Notes: generated from the letters alone by a model not told the origin. Positions 10,892 through 20,144 are shown, counted from the first letter of the stretch. The stretch: DNA of 36,412 nucleotides from Octopus bimaculoides (GCF_001194135.2 NC_068993.1:16624075-16660486), one strand, 5' to 3'. Made by a program: numbers and translations.

Positions 10892-11221
10892 CAGGGGCAC
10901 CAGCAACGATCCCGCTCGAAAAATCCCAGAACCCCACACAAGAGCCAGTTCAGCGGCACCGGCAACGATCTTGCTCGAAGAGATTTCATGTGTCACCAGC
11001 ACAAGAGCCAGTCCAGGGGCACTGGCACCGATGTCGCCCACACATGAGCCAGTCCAGGGGCACTGGCAATGATCCCGCTTGAACGATTTCATGTGTCACC
11101 CGCACATGAGCCAGTCCAGCGGCACCGGCAACGATCTCGCTCGAAAAACCTCATGTGTCACTCGCACAAGAGCCAGTCCATGGGCACTGGCAATGATCTC
11201 GCACGAAAGATATCATGTGTC
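10892..11221 (-). repeat. ~62-bp GC-rich minisatellite derived from the family B 5' motif (at least 6 units, one 41-bp short unit)
   Basis: Units start GAGCCAGTCCA at 10942, 11005, 11046, 11108, 11170; unit reverse complement CTGGACTGGCTCATGTGCGGGTGACACATGAAA matches B at 1604-1636. Confidence 0.9.
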
Positions 11222-11343
11222 TTTTACCTTTTACTTGTTTCAGTCTTTATACTGTGGCCATGGTGGGGCACTGCCTTGAAGAATTTTAGTTGAATGAATT
11301 GACTCCATGCCGTTAGGAAGCAAGTTTCTTACCACACAGCCAC
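11221..11343 (-). mobile_element. SINE A with large internal deletion (tail joined to head)
   Basis: Tail/body to GAATTGACTCC (~11305) fused directly to GGAAGCAAGTTTCTTACCACACAGCC. Confidence 0.75.
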
Positions 11344-11924
11344 ACTTGTCTAAATTTTACTCATAAATTTTGGATCGAGCAAATGTTTTCCATCAGAAGC
11401 TTTGTTTTTGATAGAAGACAACTTGCTTAACATACTGTGCAGTGATATCAAGCCTAGAAGCATGTGATTTTGAACTGAACTAAAGTGAGCTTTTTCAACA
11501 TGGCCATATCTGCAGCAAAGGAAGAAATGAGAAAGTGTATTAAAGAAATTGAAATAAAGCACAAAAACCAAACAAAACCAAAACTTACATCACGATAATG
11601 ATAGTTTTGTAATATATTATTCAGAGGCTAAGCATTCATATCATATGACATCAACTAGATATATAAATAATCCCGTTCTTTATTCTGTACTAAAACTAGT
11701 GCTGAGGCCTTACAAACATGACCAACTAAAGACTCTAATCAAGAAATCATTTTCACTTAATCTTATAATCCATTTTGGTTCCACTATCAATATGCTAGAA
11801 AAGATGTTAGTTTTATAGTTATCAGCTACAGCAGAAGCTAAAGTGAGTTTCAATGATAATTATAATTATAATGATCTCAGCTATATTTCTGTTGCCAGTG
11901 TTACATTATAATTTACACACAGAT

Positions 11925-12082
11925 GTATGCATACACATGCTTGTTTATATAGTTGCTTACGGTTGTTCATTGCATCTGACTATGGTCTTACACACACACA
12001 TGCACGCAGGCACATACACGCACGCAGGCACATACACACACGCACGCACATACACATACGCATGGACATACACACACACACA
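11925..12082. repeat. Degenerate (CA/CG)n microsatellite with an 18-bp tandem (CACGCAGGCACATACACR)
   Basis: Direct reading. Confidence 0.85.
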
Positions 12083-12094
12083 GAGGCCAGCTTC

Positions 12095-12312
12095 CAGAGA
12101 TTGAGCCTCTACAGAAGTCACTCAGCCTGCTAGAAATGGCAGCCAAATCTCTTTCATTGACAATCTACCATCTTCAAAAACTGTAATGGTATATTGGATA
12201 ATGTTGTAGATACACAATCCCTGGAAAACAAGATGTGATGGTCGTCGATGGAATATCTCTGATTATAGGTTCGCTCAGTCAGGAAACGACCTTTGGATTA
12301 AACAACAACAAA
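12095..12312 (+). mobile_element. Family F near full-length copy
   Basis: GAGCCTCTACAGAAGTCACTCAGCCTGCTAGAAATGGCAGCCAAATCTC...TTGGATAATG...GATGGTC...ATTAAACAACAACAAAA. Confidence 0.7.
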
Positions 12313-12328
12313 ATGATACTGGATGCTG

Positions 12329-12524
12329 AAGTAGTGAGCTGGCAAAATCATCAGCATTTTGTCTGTTTTTTATGTTCTGATTTCAAATTCTGCCTAGGTT
12401 GACTTTGCTTTTCATCCTTTCAGGGTCGATGAAATAAGTACCAGTCAAGTTCTGGGGTTGATATAATTGACTAGCCCCCTCCCACAAAATTTCAGGCCTT
12501 GTGCCTATAGTAGAAAAGAACAGA
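12329..12524 (+). mobile_element. SINE family D (alternative tail)
   Basis: GAGCTGGCAAAATC...GTTGACTTTGCTTTTCATCCTTTCAGGGTCGATGAAATAAGTACCAG; TSD ATRATACTGGATRCTG at 12313-12328 / 12525-12540. Confidence 0.85.
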
Positions 12525-12542
12525 ATAATACTGGATACTGTT

Positions 12543-12753
12543 TACTCTCTTTTACTCTTTTACTTGTTTTAGTCATTTGACTGTGGCCATGCTGGAGCAC
12601 TGCCTTTAGTCGAAGAAATCAACCCCAGGACTTATTCTTTGTAAGCCTAGTACTTATACTATCGGTCACTTTTGCCGATAGTTACGGGGACGTAAACACA
12701 CCAGCATTGGTTGTCAAGCAATGTTGGGGGACAAACACAGACACATAAACATA

Positions 12754-12800
<47 letters not shown>

Positions 12801-12958
12801 CGGGCTTCTTTCAGTTTCCGTCTACCAAATCCACTCACAAGGCATTGGTCGGCCCAAGGCTATAGTAGAAGACACTTGCTCAAGGTGCCACGTAGTGGGA
12901 TTGAACCCAGAACCATGTGGTTGGTAAGCAAGCTACTTACCACACAGCCGCTCCTGTG
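12543..12958 (-). mobile_element. SINE family A, full length, internal (TA)n
   Basis: Tail, body, (TA)n at 12755-12798 and head all intact. Confidence 0.92.
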
Positions 12959-14029
12959 CCCATCTTAGATGTCTGAGAAAATTCTACAATATTAGAATTA
13001 GAATGGTCAAGACATAGCAGGAAGTTAGCTAACTTTGCTTATGAAGCAGTATTATTTGTTGGGATGGTCACATAATCTGTATAGATGGGGAAGTCCAGCC
13101 TGAGAATGTTACTTTATAATCAGTTGCTACTTAAAGGAAAAATATCGTTTGTGATACTCTTTCTTCACTACAAGAATATGATCAAGAAAGATGTAGGGCG
13201 CAAGAGCAACAATCACACCTCACAGTGAGAGGCAGCCACTTGGTTTTGGGGGTTGACTGGGACTCTGTTTGGCTCCCACTCCTGCATCTGGTTCACATGG
13301 CTCCGTGTGTGCTGCAGTGTATGGCAGTAGCTACACCCTGGTTTCTGGTTTTGACTCACCAGCTAAACTATGTTAGTGAACTCAAGAGCTATACTCAAAG
13401 GTGGGAATGCCTAACCCTGAGTACAAGAAGCCTGGAACAGTGGGGAGTGCGGGAGAACCAAACAGGTCAAATGAACTTGAAAGCATGATAGTGGGGGGGG
13501 GGTGAGATGTTATAAGACAAGTCAAGATACAGAAGGCACATCAGTCAGTCATCATGAAAAGGATTAGGACCCCATCACATATTATTTTAAGGAAATACCA
13601 ATGATAACCCAAATAGATATAACCTGTTATGGAACTAGAGTCTTGGTGAACCACCTCCTGGACCCACAGAGGGCACCTGGTTGATAGTTAATTTTCAAGA
13701 ACATCGTCTGGTGATGGAATATGAACATCATAACATAGAAAAACAAACCGCTCTAAAGTAACAGCTGGAGCCAGGAACTTTTCAGCATCTTCTTGTAGCT
13801 GGAAAGCAAACTTCTTAATTACACAGCCATGCCTATGCCTAACACACACACATATTAGAATATATCAGCAGTTAACACACAGACACACACATAGAGAGAG
13901 AGAGAGAGAGACTTTGCAGCGCTAGACAACACAAGCAGAAAACAAAAATGAGATAAGCAGTATTTTATGGTTTCCGTAGAAATATCCAAATTTTATGTCT
14001 GTGAATAAGAAAAAGAGTTCTCTATCTTC

Positions 14030-14205
14030 NNNNNNNNNNNNNNNNNNNNNNNNNNNNNNNNNNNNNNNNNNNNNNNNNNNNNNNNNNNNNNNNNNNNNNN
14101 NNNNNNNNNNNNNNNNNNNNNNNNNNNNNNNNNNNNNNNNNNNNNNNNNNNNNNNNNNNNNNNNNNNNNNNNNNNNNNNNNNNNNNNNNNNNNNNNNNNN
14201 NNNNN
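14030..14205. other. Assembly gap
   Basis: N run. Confidence 1.
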
Positions 14206-14640
14206 TATATATATAGTTTGGTAATTATTGTATCTATGATTAGAGCATATAACTTGATGATTACTGCATCAGTGATTACAATAGATATATAGTTTAATCA
14301 TAAATGTATCATTGATTAGAAAATATAGTCTGGGTATTAGTATATTAGTGATTAGAATATCATGGAACATCTTAATGTGTAGTCTTTTCATTTTGTTTTC
14401 TTCTTTTCGTGATTTTGGTGAATTAGCCAGAAAAGAAAGTGCAGAGCTCCTGAGATCAATGGGAATCATTTTCAGCCTATAAATATGGATCAAATACTTG
14501 CAAAAACTGGACTCCACTAAAGGAATCCAAACTTCAGGTGTTGGTGTTAAACCAGGTAATGATTGAAGTCTATTGTCCAAGAATAGGAAACAATTTCTGC
14601 CCATTGTATTTCACTCACATTTTGGTCTATCTTACACTAT

Positions 14641-14735
14641 TAGTAGAAAACACTTGCTCAAAGTACCATGTAATGCAATTGAACCTAAAACCACATAGTT
14701 GAGAAGCAAGCTTCTTGACCACATGTCCATGCTTG
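14641..14735 (-). mobile_element. SINE A head fragment
   Basis: TAGTAGAAAACACTTGCTCAAAGTACC...TTGAACC...GAAGCAAGCTTCTTGACCAC. Confidence 0.7.
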
Positions 14736-15235
14736 AGCCCATTCAAGTCTTCAGTGGACTTGTCATCACATCCTTATCATCACAAGCAGATCAGAGTTCA
14801 GCAACTACCACCTGTCATTCACATTAATTTTCTTATTTTGTATTGTGAAGTTATTTGTTTATTTCACTTAGTTTTTGTATTCATTGATTTGATAATTCAG
14901 TTTCTCTCCTGTCATTTGCATCCTGCATACATCAATGACATTTTTACCACTTAGGAATAGAAGAATATGTTTTCTGAACACATGTTTGACATCCCCCCAA
15001 AATTTCCGAGATATTATTTACATATATATGTGTATGAGGGAGATTTCACATAAATATCTGAAGATAAATCCTAAGACAAGTCAAGATGAGAGGCAAAAAA
15101 AAAAAAAAGAAAACACAAAATCCTAACAGAAACCAATGAACAGGAGTACAAAGTCAAGGCATGATGCTTTGAAGGAATGAAGATGTTGACATTTGTCCTC
15201 TGTCAAGTTAGAAGGACAAAGAAGAGGGAATCAGG

Positions 15236-15680
15236 GGTGGCTGTGTGGTAAGAAGCTTGCTTCACAACCACATGGTTCTGGGTTTAGTACCATTGCATGG
15301 CACCTTAGGCAAGTGTCTTCTGCATTAGCCTTGAGCTGCCCAAAGCCTTGTGAGCAGATTTGGTAGATGGAAACTGAAAGAAGCCTGTCATATATATATA
15401 TATATATATATATATCTTTTATTTGTTTCAGTCATTAGACTGTGGCCTATACATATATATGTGTGTGTGTCTGCGTTTGTCCCCCAGCACCGCTTGACAA
15501 CTGGTGTTGGCATACTTATGCCCCTGTAATTTTGACAAAAGAAGAGACTGATAGAATAAGTGCCAGGCTTTAAACATAATTTTAAAAAATGTACTTGGGT
15601 CAATTCATTCAACTTAAAATTCTTCAAGGCGGTGCCCAAGCATGGCTGCTGTCTAATGACTGGAACAAGTAAAAGAATAA
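15236..15680 (+). mobile_element. SINE family A, full length, with an inverted A-tail fragment in its microsatellite
   Basis: Head 15236-15390, (TA)n, inverted tail piece about 15415-15447, body, tail ...GACTGGAACAAGTAAAAGAATAAAA. Confidence 0.9.
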
Positions 15681-15696
15681 AATATATGTACACATA

Positions 15697-16548
15697 CAAA
15701 GTGCGATGAGTAAATTATCGCCATTTTATATTTTTTATTTCGCATATGTGCGTTGTCTGTTTATGATTTTGTTGACTACACAGTATAGTAGAGTCAGTTG
15801 TGCACTGTCTATAAGTAAAACAGTACCATGACGCAATTCACTCTTCCAGAAATTTGGAAATGACATTCTGTACTGCTTGGCATTCATGCCAGAAGCTCCA
15901 ATATAAACAGATGATGAACACACAGAACAACTGTTGGCTTGTTGTGTCCAGAAACATGTACCAAGAGTCAAACATCCAGTCAACATCATGGTGTTTGGAG
16001 TGATCACTAGTGATCACTAGTGATGGTGATGTTATTCCTCCATTCATCTTCCCACACAGCCACAACTCAACACAGAGGCCTACATCAAGTGCCTGAAGGA
16101 GGTAGTGCTGCCCTGGGTCAAGAGGGTGGCTGTTGGAAGACCCTATGTCTGGCAACAGGACTCTGCACCATGCAACACAAGCAGGAGAACCCAATTATGG
16201 CTGTCAGACAGTTTCTGAAATCACATCACCCCTAACATCTGGCCACCTAACTCCCTTGACTGCAACTCCCTTGATTATTATGTGGGGTGTAGTTGAGTGA
16301 AAGGCCAACAAAACTCCTTGTAACACCAAAAATGAACTTAAACAAGGAGGCCGTCTGGAGGAGTTGCAGGAGATTCTGAAGTCGTTTGGAGGCTGTGGTT
16401 GAAGCCAATGATGATTTTATTGAATAAATTTACTCTTTAGTATTTCTAGATATTTTTATGTAATTTTGATAAATATAACTGTCAAAATGAGATGTCAATG
16501 TTATTTTCATTTTTGCATAATTTAGATGACAGTATATTCACTGCACCC

Positions 16549-16550
<2 letters not shown>
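15697..16550 (+). mobile_element. Tc1/mariner element, DD37D (maT-type), internally deleted, non-autonomous
   Basis: Degenerate TIRs (CAAAGTGCGATGAGTAAATTATCGCC / GATGACAGTATATTCACTGCACCCT), 5' TA at 15695-15696; decayed transposase inside. Confidence 0.88.
15828..16432 (+). pseudogene. maT transposase remnant (frameshifts, stops; HTH and first catalytic D region deleted)
   Basis: KHPVNIMVFGVITSDG...EAYIKCLKEVVLPWVKRVAVGRPYVWQQDSAPC...IWPPNSLDCNSLDYYV; 37 codons between D (16159) and D (16273). Confidence 0.9.
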
Positions 16551-16587
<37 letters not shown>

Positions 16588-16597
16588 ATACATACAC

Positions 16598-16825
16598 ACC
16601 ATCATTTAATGTTCAATTTTCCATGCTTGCATAAATCAGATGAAGTTTATTTGAGGTAGATTTTCTACTGCCAGATGTCCTTCTTGTAACCAGCCTTCAT
16701 CTGTTTCTGAGCAAGGTAATATTTCCCCATGGCCAAACACGTTTTTCTGAATATTGGAAATGAATGACACTGCTTATATGACTGTGACACTCATTTACAA
16801 CTATCATGCTGTGTCAAGACAAAGC
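16598..16825 (-). mobile_element. Family B3 copy ((GAT)n tail and GGATG(T/C)CCTTC motif shared with B; different body)
   Basis: CATCATTTAATG...CCATGCTTGC...AGATGTCCTTCTTGTAACCAGCC...GCAAGGTAATATTTCCCCATGGCC...TTTACAACTATCATG. Confidence 0.65.
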
Positions 16826-16861
16826 CACACGCACACACACAAAGGATGGGCCTCTGGTCAG

Positions 16862-16985
16862 TTTACATCTACCAAATCTGCTCACAAGGCTTTGATGGCA
16901 CTTGCCCAGGTGCCATGCAGCGGGACTGGATCTGACCTGGAACCATATGATTGATAAGCAAACTTCTTACCACAAAGTCATTCCT
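16862..16985 (-). mobile_element. SINE A head fragment
   Basis: TCTACCAAATCTGCTCACAAGGCTTTG...CACTTGCCCAGGTGCCATGCAGCGGGACTG...CTTCTTACCAC. Confidence 0.8.
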
Positions 16986-16986
16986 G

Positions 16987-17033
<47 letters not shown>

Positions 17034-17036
<3 letters not shown>

Positions 17037-17330
17037 ATCATCCTCATTATTTAACATCCTCCTTCCATGGTGTGAGTTTTATGCTATTTGACAAGAGGTA
17101 GCAAGTTGAAAGACTGCACCAAGCTCTTCTATCAGCTTTGCTATGGTTTTTATGGCTGGCCGGCCTTTTTAATGTCAACCACTTTACAGAGTGTACTAAG
17201 TGGTTTTTATGTGGCACCAGTGAACAGCAGTGAGGTCACAAGGTAACTTGCAAGACAAGACTTGTCAGCTGAGTGGAGAGTGGTATTGAGGGAGGTGGCA
17301 CTGTGCCGGGTGATGAGAAGGGAGAGTATG
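17034..17330 (-). mobile_element. Family B2 copy with 5' extension
   Basis: CATCATCC...CCACTTTACAGAGTGTACT...GTGGCACCAG...GAGGTCACAAGGTAACTTGCAAGAC...GAGGGAGGTGGC. Confidence 0.7.
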
Positions 17331-17439
17331 AATATAGGGACTGAAATAAGTGTCTTGCAGCTGAGGAGATACGTCGCTATCTCAGTTTTATGTTTTTTAA
17401 TTTATGGTTCATTTAGAAAGAAGGAAATGTGCTTATAGC

Positions 17440-17780
17440 TTCACAGTCACTGGCACTTTACGTTCAGTTTGAACATTTGTAGTAAGTAGAAAATGTGGAT
17501 GGCGATGGAATTCCAGAGAAGTAATGTTATGAGGAAGAAGGATTTGGGAAAATGTGGAGAAGTAAGACACAGTAGGGTGTTGATGATAGAAGGTGAGTTG
17601 GGTGGACTTGATAAAGCCTGAGCAGAAATTGTATATGACTACCTAGTTCAGAAAAGTGGAGACTGTAGGATGTGGCAGAATCTGTAGCTCTTCAAGTTAT
17701 TGACTATGAACAGAGCAACAGTAATGAAAACCAGTTTGGAGATTCAGATCTCCAGGAGCTTTCTGCTATTCCATCTATCT
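17440..17780 (-). mobile_element. CR1-like LINE ORF2 3' relic (decayed)
   Basis: Minus translation ...HFSEL...PYCV...HFPKSFFLITLLLWNSIAIHIF..LQMFKLNVK resembles the SFFPRT..LWNSLP...FK..V C-terminus of CR1-type ORF2. Confidence 0.55.
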
Positions 17781-18049
17781 GACACACACAGAGGCACACA
17801 CACACACACATATATATTATAAACACAGATATCTATATTCTGGAAGTAATTATGAGTTCAGGCAAGATTTTTTTTTCTTTTATTTTTTTTTCCCTCTACT
17901 TGAACTCAATAATTCTAAGTGAGCAATATAAAAATAGTGTTTTCTCCCCCAAAATATTAAAGGCATGTCTGTGGTTAAAAAAAGTTCACCATGCAACTTT
18001 TAGGTCTCAGGTTTGATTCACACTGTGTGGTATCTTCTTCTTATTATTA

Positions 18050-18440
18050 TTATTATTATTTGTTTCAGTCATTTGACTGTGGCCATGCTGGAGCACCGCC
18101 TTTAGTCGAGCCAATCGACCCCAGGGCTTATACCTTGTAAGCCTAGTACTTATTCTATTGGTCTCTTTTGCCGAACTGCTAAGTTACGGTGACATAAACA
18201 CACCAGCATTGGTTGTCAAGCGATGTTGGGGGGACAAACACAGACATGCATGCATGCATACATACATACATATATATATGACAGGCTTCTTTCAGTTTCC
18301 ATCTACCAAATCCACTCACAAGGCTTTGGTCGGCCTGAGGCTATAGTAGAAGAGACACTTGCCCAAGGTGCCATGCAGTGGGTCTGAACCTGGAATCATG
18401 TGGTTGGTAAGCAAACTACTTACCACACAGCCACTCTTGT
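18050..18440 (-). mobile_element. SINE family A, full length
   Basis: (TAT)n-TTGTTTCAGTCATTTGACTGTGGCCATGCTGG...CTACTTACCACACAGCC; close to the 12543 copy. Confidence 0.92.
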
Positions 18441-18644
18441 GCCTTGAGCAAAAGTCTTCTATCCCAGCCAACCTCAGGTTAACCTAAGCCATGTTAGTGA
18501 AATCTTGTAGATGGGAACTGTTTGAAAACCTGTTCTTGGATGATTGATCTAACTCATCAGTTGGGTTAACACCACACCATCACTTCATTCTAGTGTAGTT
18601 CATGCAATATCTAGCTTTTGAGCCAAAAAAAAAAAGAAAACTCC

Positions 18645-18785
18645 TGCACCCAGAACATACTGTAAAGTGGTTGGCATTAGGAATGGCACTAGACTGTAGA
18701 AACAATGCCAAAAACTAACATTTGAAGCATGACGTCATCCTGTGACTTGTTGGAACCCATGCTGGTATGTACCAAGAGGTACATT
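18645..18785 (+). mobile_element. Family B copy (degenerate)
   Basis: GCACCCAGAACATACTGTAAAGTGGTTGGCATTAGGAATGGCAC...CTGTAGAAAC...AACCCATGCTGG. Confidence 0.65.
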
Positions 18786-18829
18786 ACATAATGGTACTTA
18801 AGCAAAGTGGCCAGGCCAGGGGCTTCACC

Positions 18830-19085
18830 CAGTTCCATTGTCTATTTTTGCTTGGCTTCTACAGCTAGATGTCTTTCCCAATGCCAGATACTTTACAGTG
18901 TGTATTGGGTACTTTTTAAATAGCACCAGCACCACGGATTTTTATGTGGCACCAGCATCACTGCCTTTTACATGGCACCATCACCACTACTTTTTATGTG
19001 ACACCGTCACCAGTGTTTTTCACATGGAACCAGCACCACTATCACCAGTGCTTTTTATGTGACACCAGCACTTTTAACATGGTAC
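18830..19085 (-). mobile_element. Family B fragment with a ~22-30-bp tandem array of the TTTTAYRTGGCACCAGCAC motif
   Basis: TTCTACAGCTAGATGTCTTTCCCAATGCC...then about 7 variants of TTTTATGTGGCACCAGCA. Confidence 0.75.
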
Positions 19086-19235
19086 TGTGGCTTTAGGAGG
19101 ACAGGTCTTCTTGGTATCAGAAATAATGAAATAACAATAAAAAGTTTATTATTATCTTATTTTGATATCTTGGTCATAAAAAATACCTTATCTTAAATGG
19201 GTTGTATAGATGTTTTGCAAAGAAGTTATTCTGTC

Positions 19236-19369
19236 TCAGAGGACAGTAACTCCAAACACGAATTGAGTAGTTGTGGTTAGTGTACTGAGCAAACTAGAAC
19301 TACTTCCATTTCCAGCGGCAGGATATGAACTGGCATTCACTTCAAAGTGGTAATTTGATACACTATCAA
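19236..19369 (-). CDS. Candidate coding exon, fibronectin type III-like strand motif (unconfirmed)
   Basis: Acceptor TTTTACAG| at 19371-19370; open frame xDSVSNYHFEVNASSYPAAGNGSSSSLLSTLTTTTQFVFGVTVL*; Y-x-F-x-V-x-A...G-x-G pattern; no strong donor seen. Confidence 0.3.
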
Positions 19370-19957
19370 CTGTAAAACTGATTTTTTAGCTAGCTGCAAC
19401 TCAGGAAAATGGGATGTAAATTGAAATAATGTATGTGTGTGTGTGTGTATGTATGTATATACATACATATATATATGTGTGTGTGTGTGTGTTTGTGTTT
19501 GTATAAATTTATATTAGATAGATAGATAATGGATAAGCATTGCATTGTTGCTTCCAGAGACATTTGAACCATTCTAAGAGAATCAATAACATTTTTCACA
19601 TTTTTGCTTCTCTCAGCAATGCAGACCAGCAAAGAGGAAAAAATGTGAAAGCAAGAGAGAGAGAGAGAGAGAGAGAGAAAACAATGTAAATTAAAGATAT
19701 AAATTCTGGAATTTCAAAATGACGTTTAATTGAAACATACTGTTAGCATTTTACTTTGTTCAGTCGATCATCTGACTAATTAGATTTACATTGCTGAAAG
19801 ACAGTAGAACACTGAAGTAAGTAAAAATCTTCGGTTGGCACCACTGCTGTGGAATGCATAGAAACGAAAAATTGACAGTATGTATTTTTATGCAATTTTC
19901 ATTTGATAGCTGAATCGATGAATTGATCTTAACTTAATACCTGCTGTGTAATACATT

Positions 19958-20007
<50 letters not shown>

Positions 20008-20144
20008 TATAATGAATCTCACGAAGTTTGTACTGTTTTTTTCACTTTAGAATGATTTCATCTGAGGATCTCAAACATTCAAACACGAAAGAAAATGACT
20101 GAACTTATAAGGGCCATTATATTAATAATTATATTAATAACCAC

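Noticed and set aside
10184-11092. Long ORFs of 200-290 aa (also 20550-21512 and 21801-22125)
   Set aside because: Open only because they run through N gaps.
10892-11221. CRISPR-like array (conserved ~29-bp block plus variable ~33-bp part)
   Set aside because: The variable parts are homologous to each other and to retroposon B, the context is eukaryotic and there are no cas genes. It is a minisatellite.
13357-13428. 72-nt minus-strand segment with strong acceptor (TTCCAG) and donor (CTG|GTGAGT)
   Set aside because: Stops in all three frames and it lies in a probable TE fragment.
14428-14555. Exon-like segment with AG acceptor and CAG|GTAATG donor
   Set aside because: All three frames from the strong acceptor contain a stop. 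Only weaker internal acceptors give an open frame, with an unrecognised peptide.
17668-17782. Protein-like plus frame DVAESVALQVIDYEQ...
   Set aside because: Better explained as the antisense of the CR1-like relic.
19843-19885. Second possible hammerhead: ACTG-CTGTGGA-ATGCATA-GAAAC...GACAGT
   Set aside because: Core A6 is missing, helix II is poor and there is no convincing helix III; could be chance.
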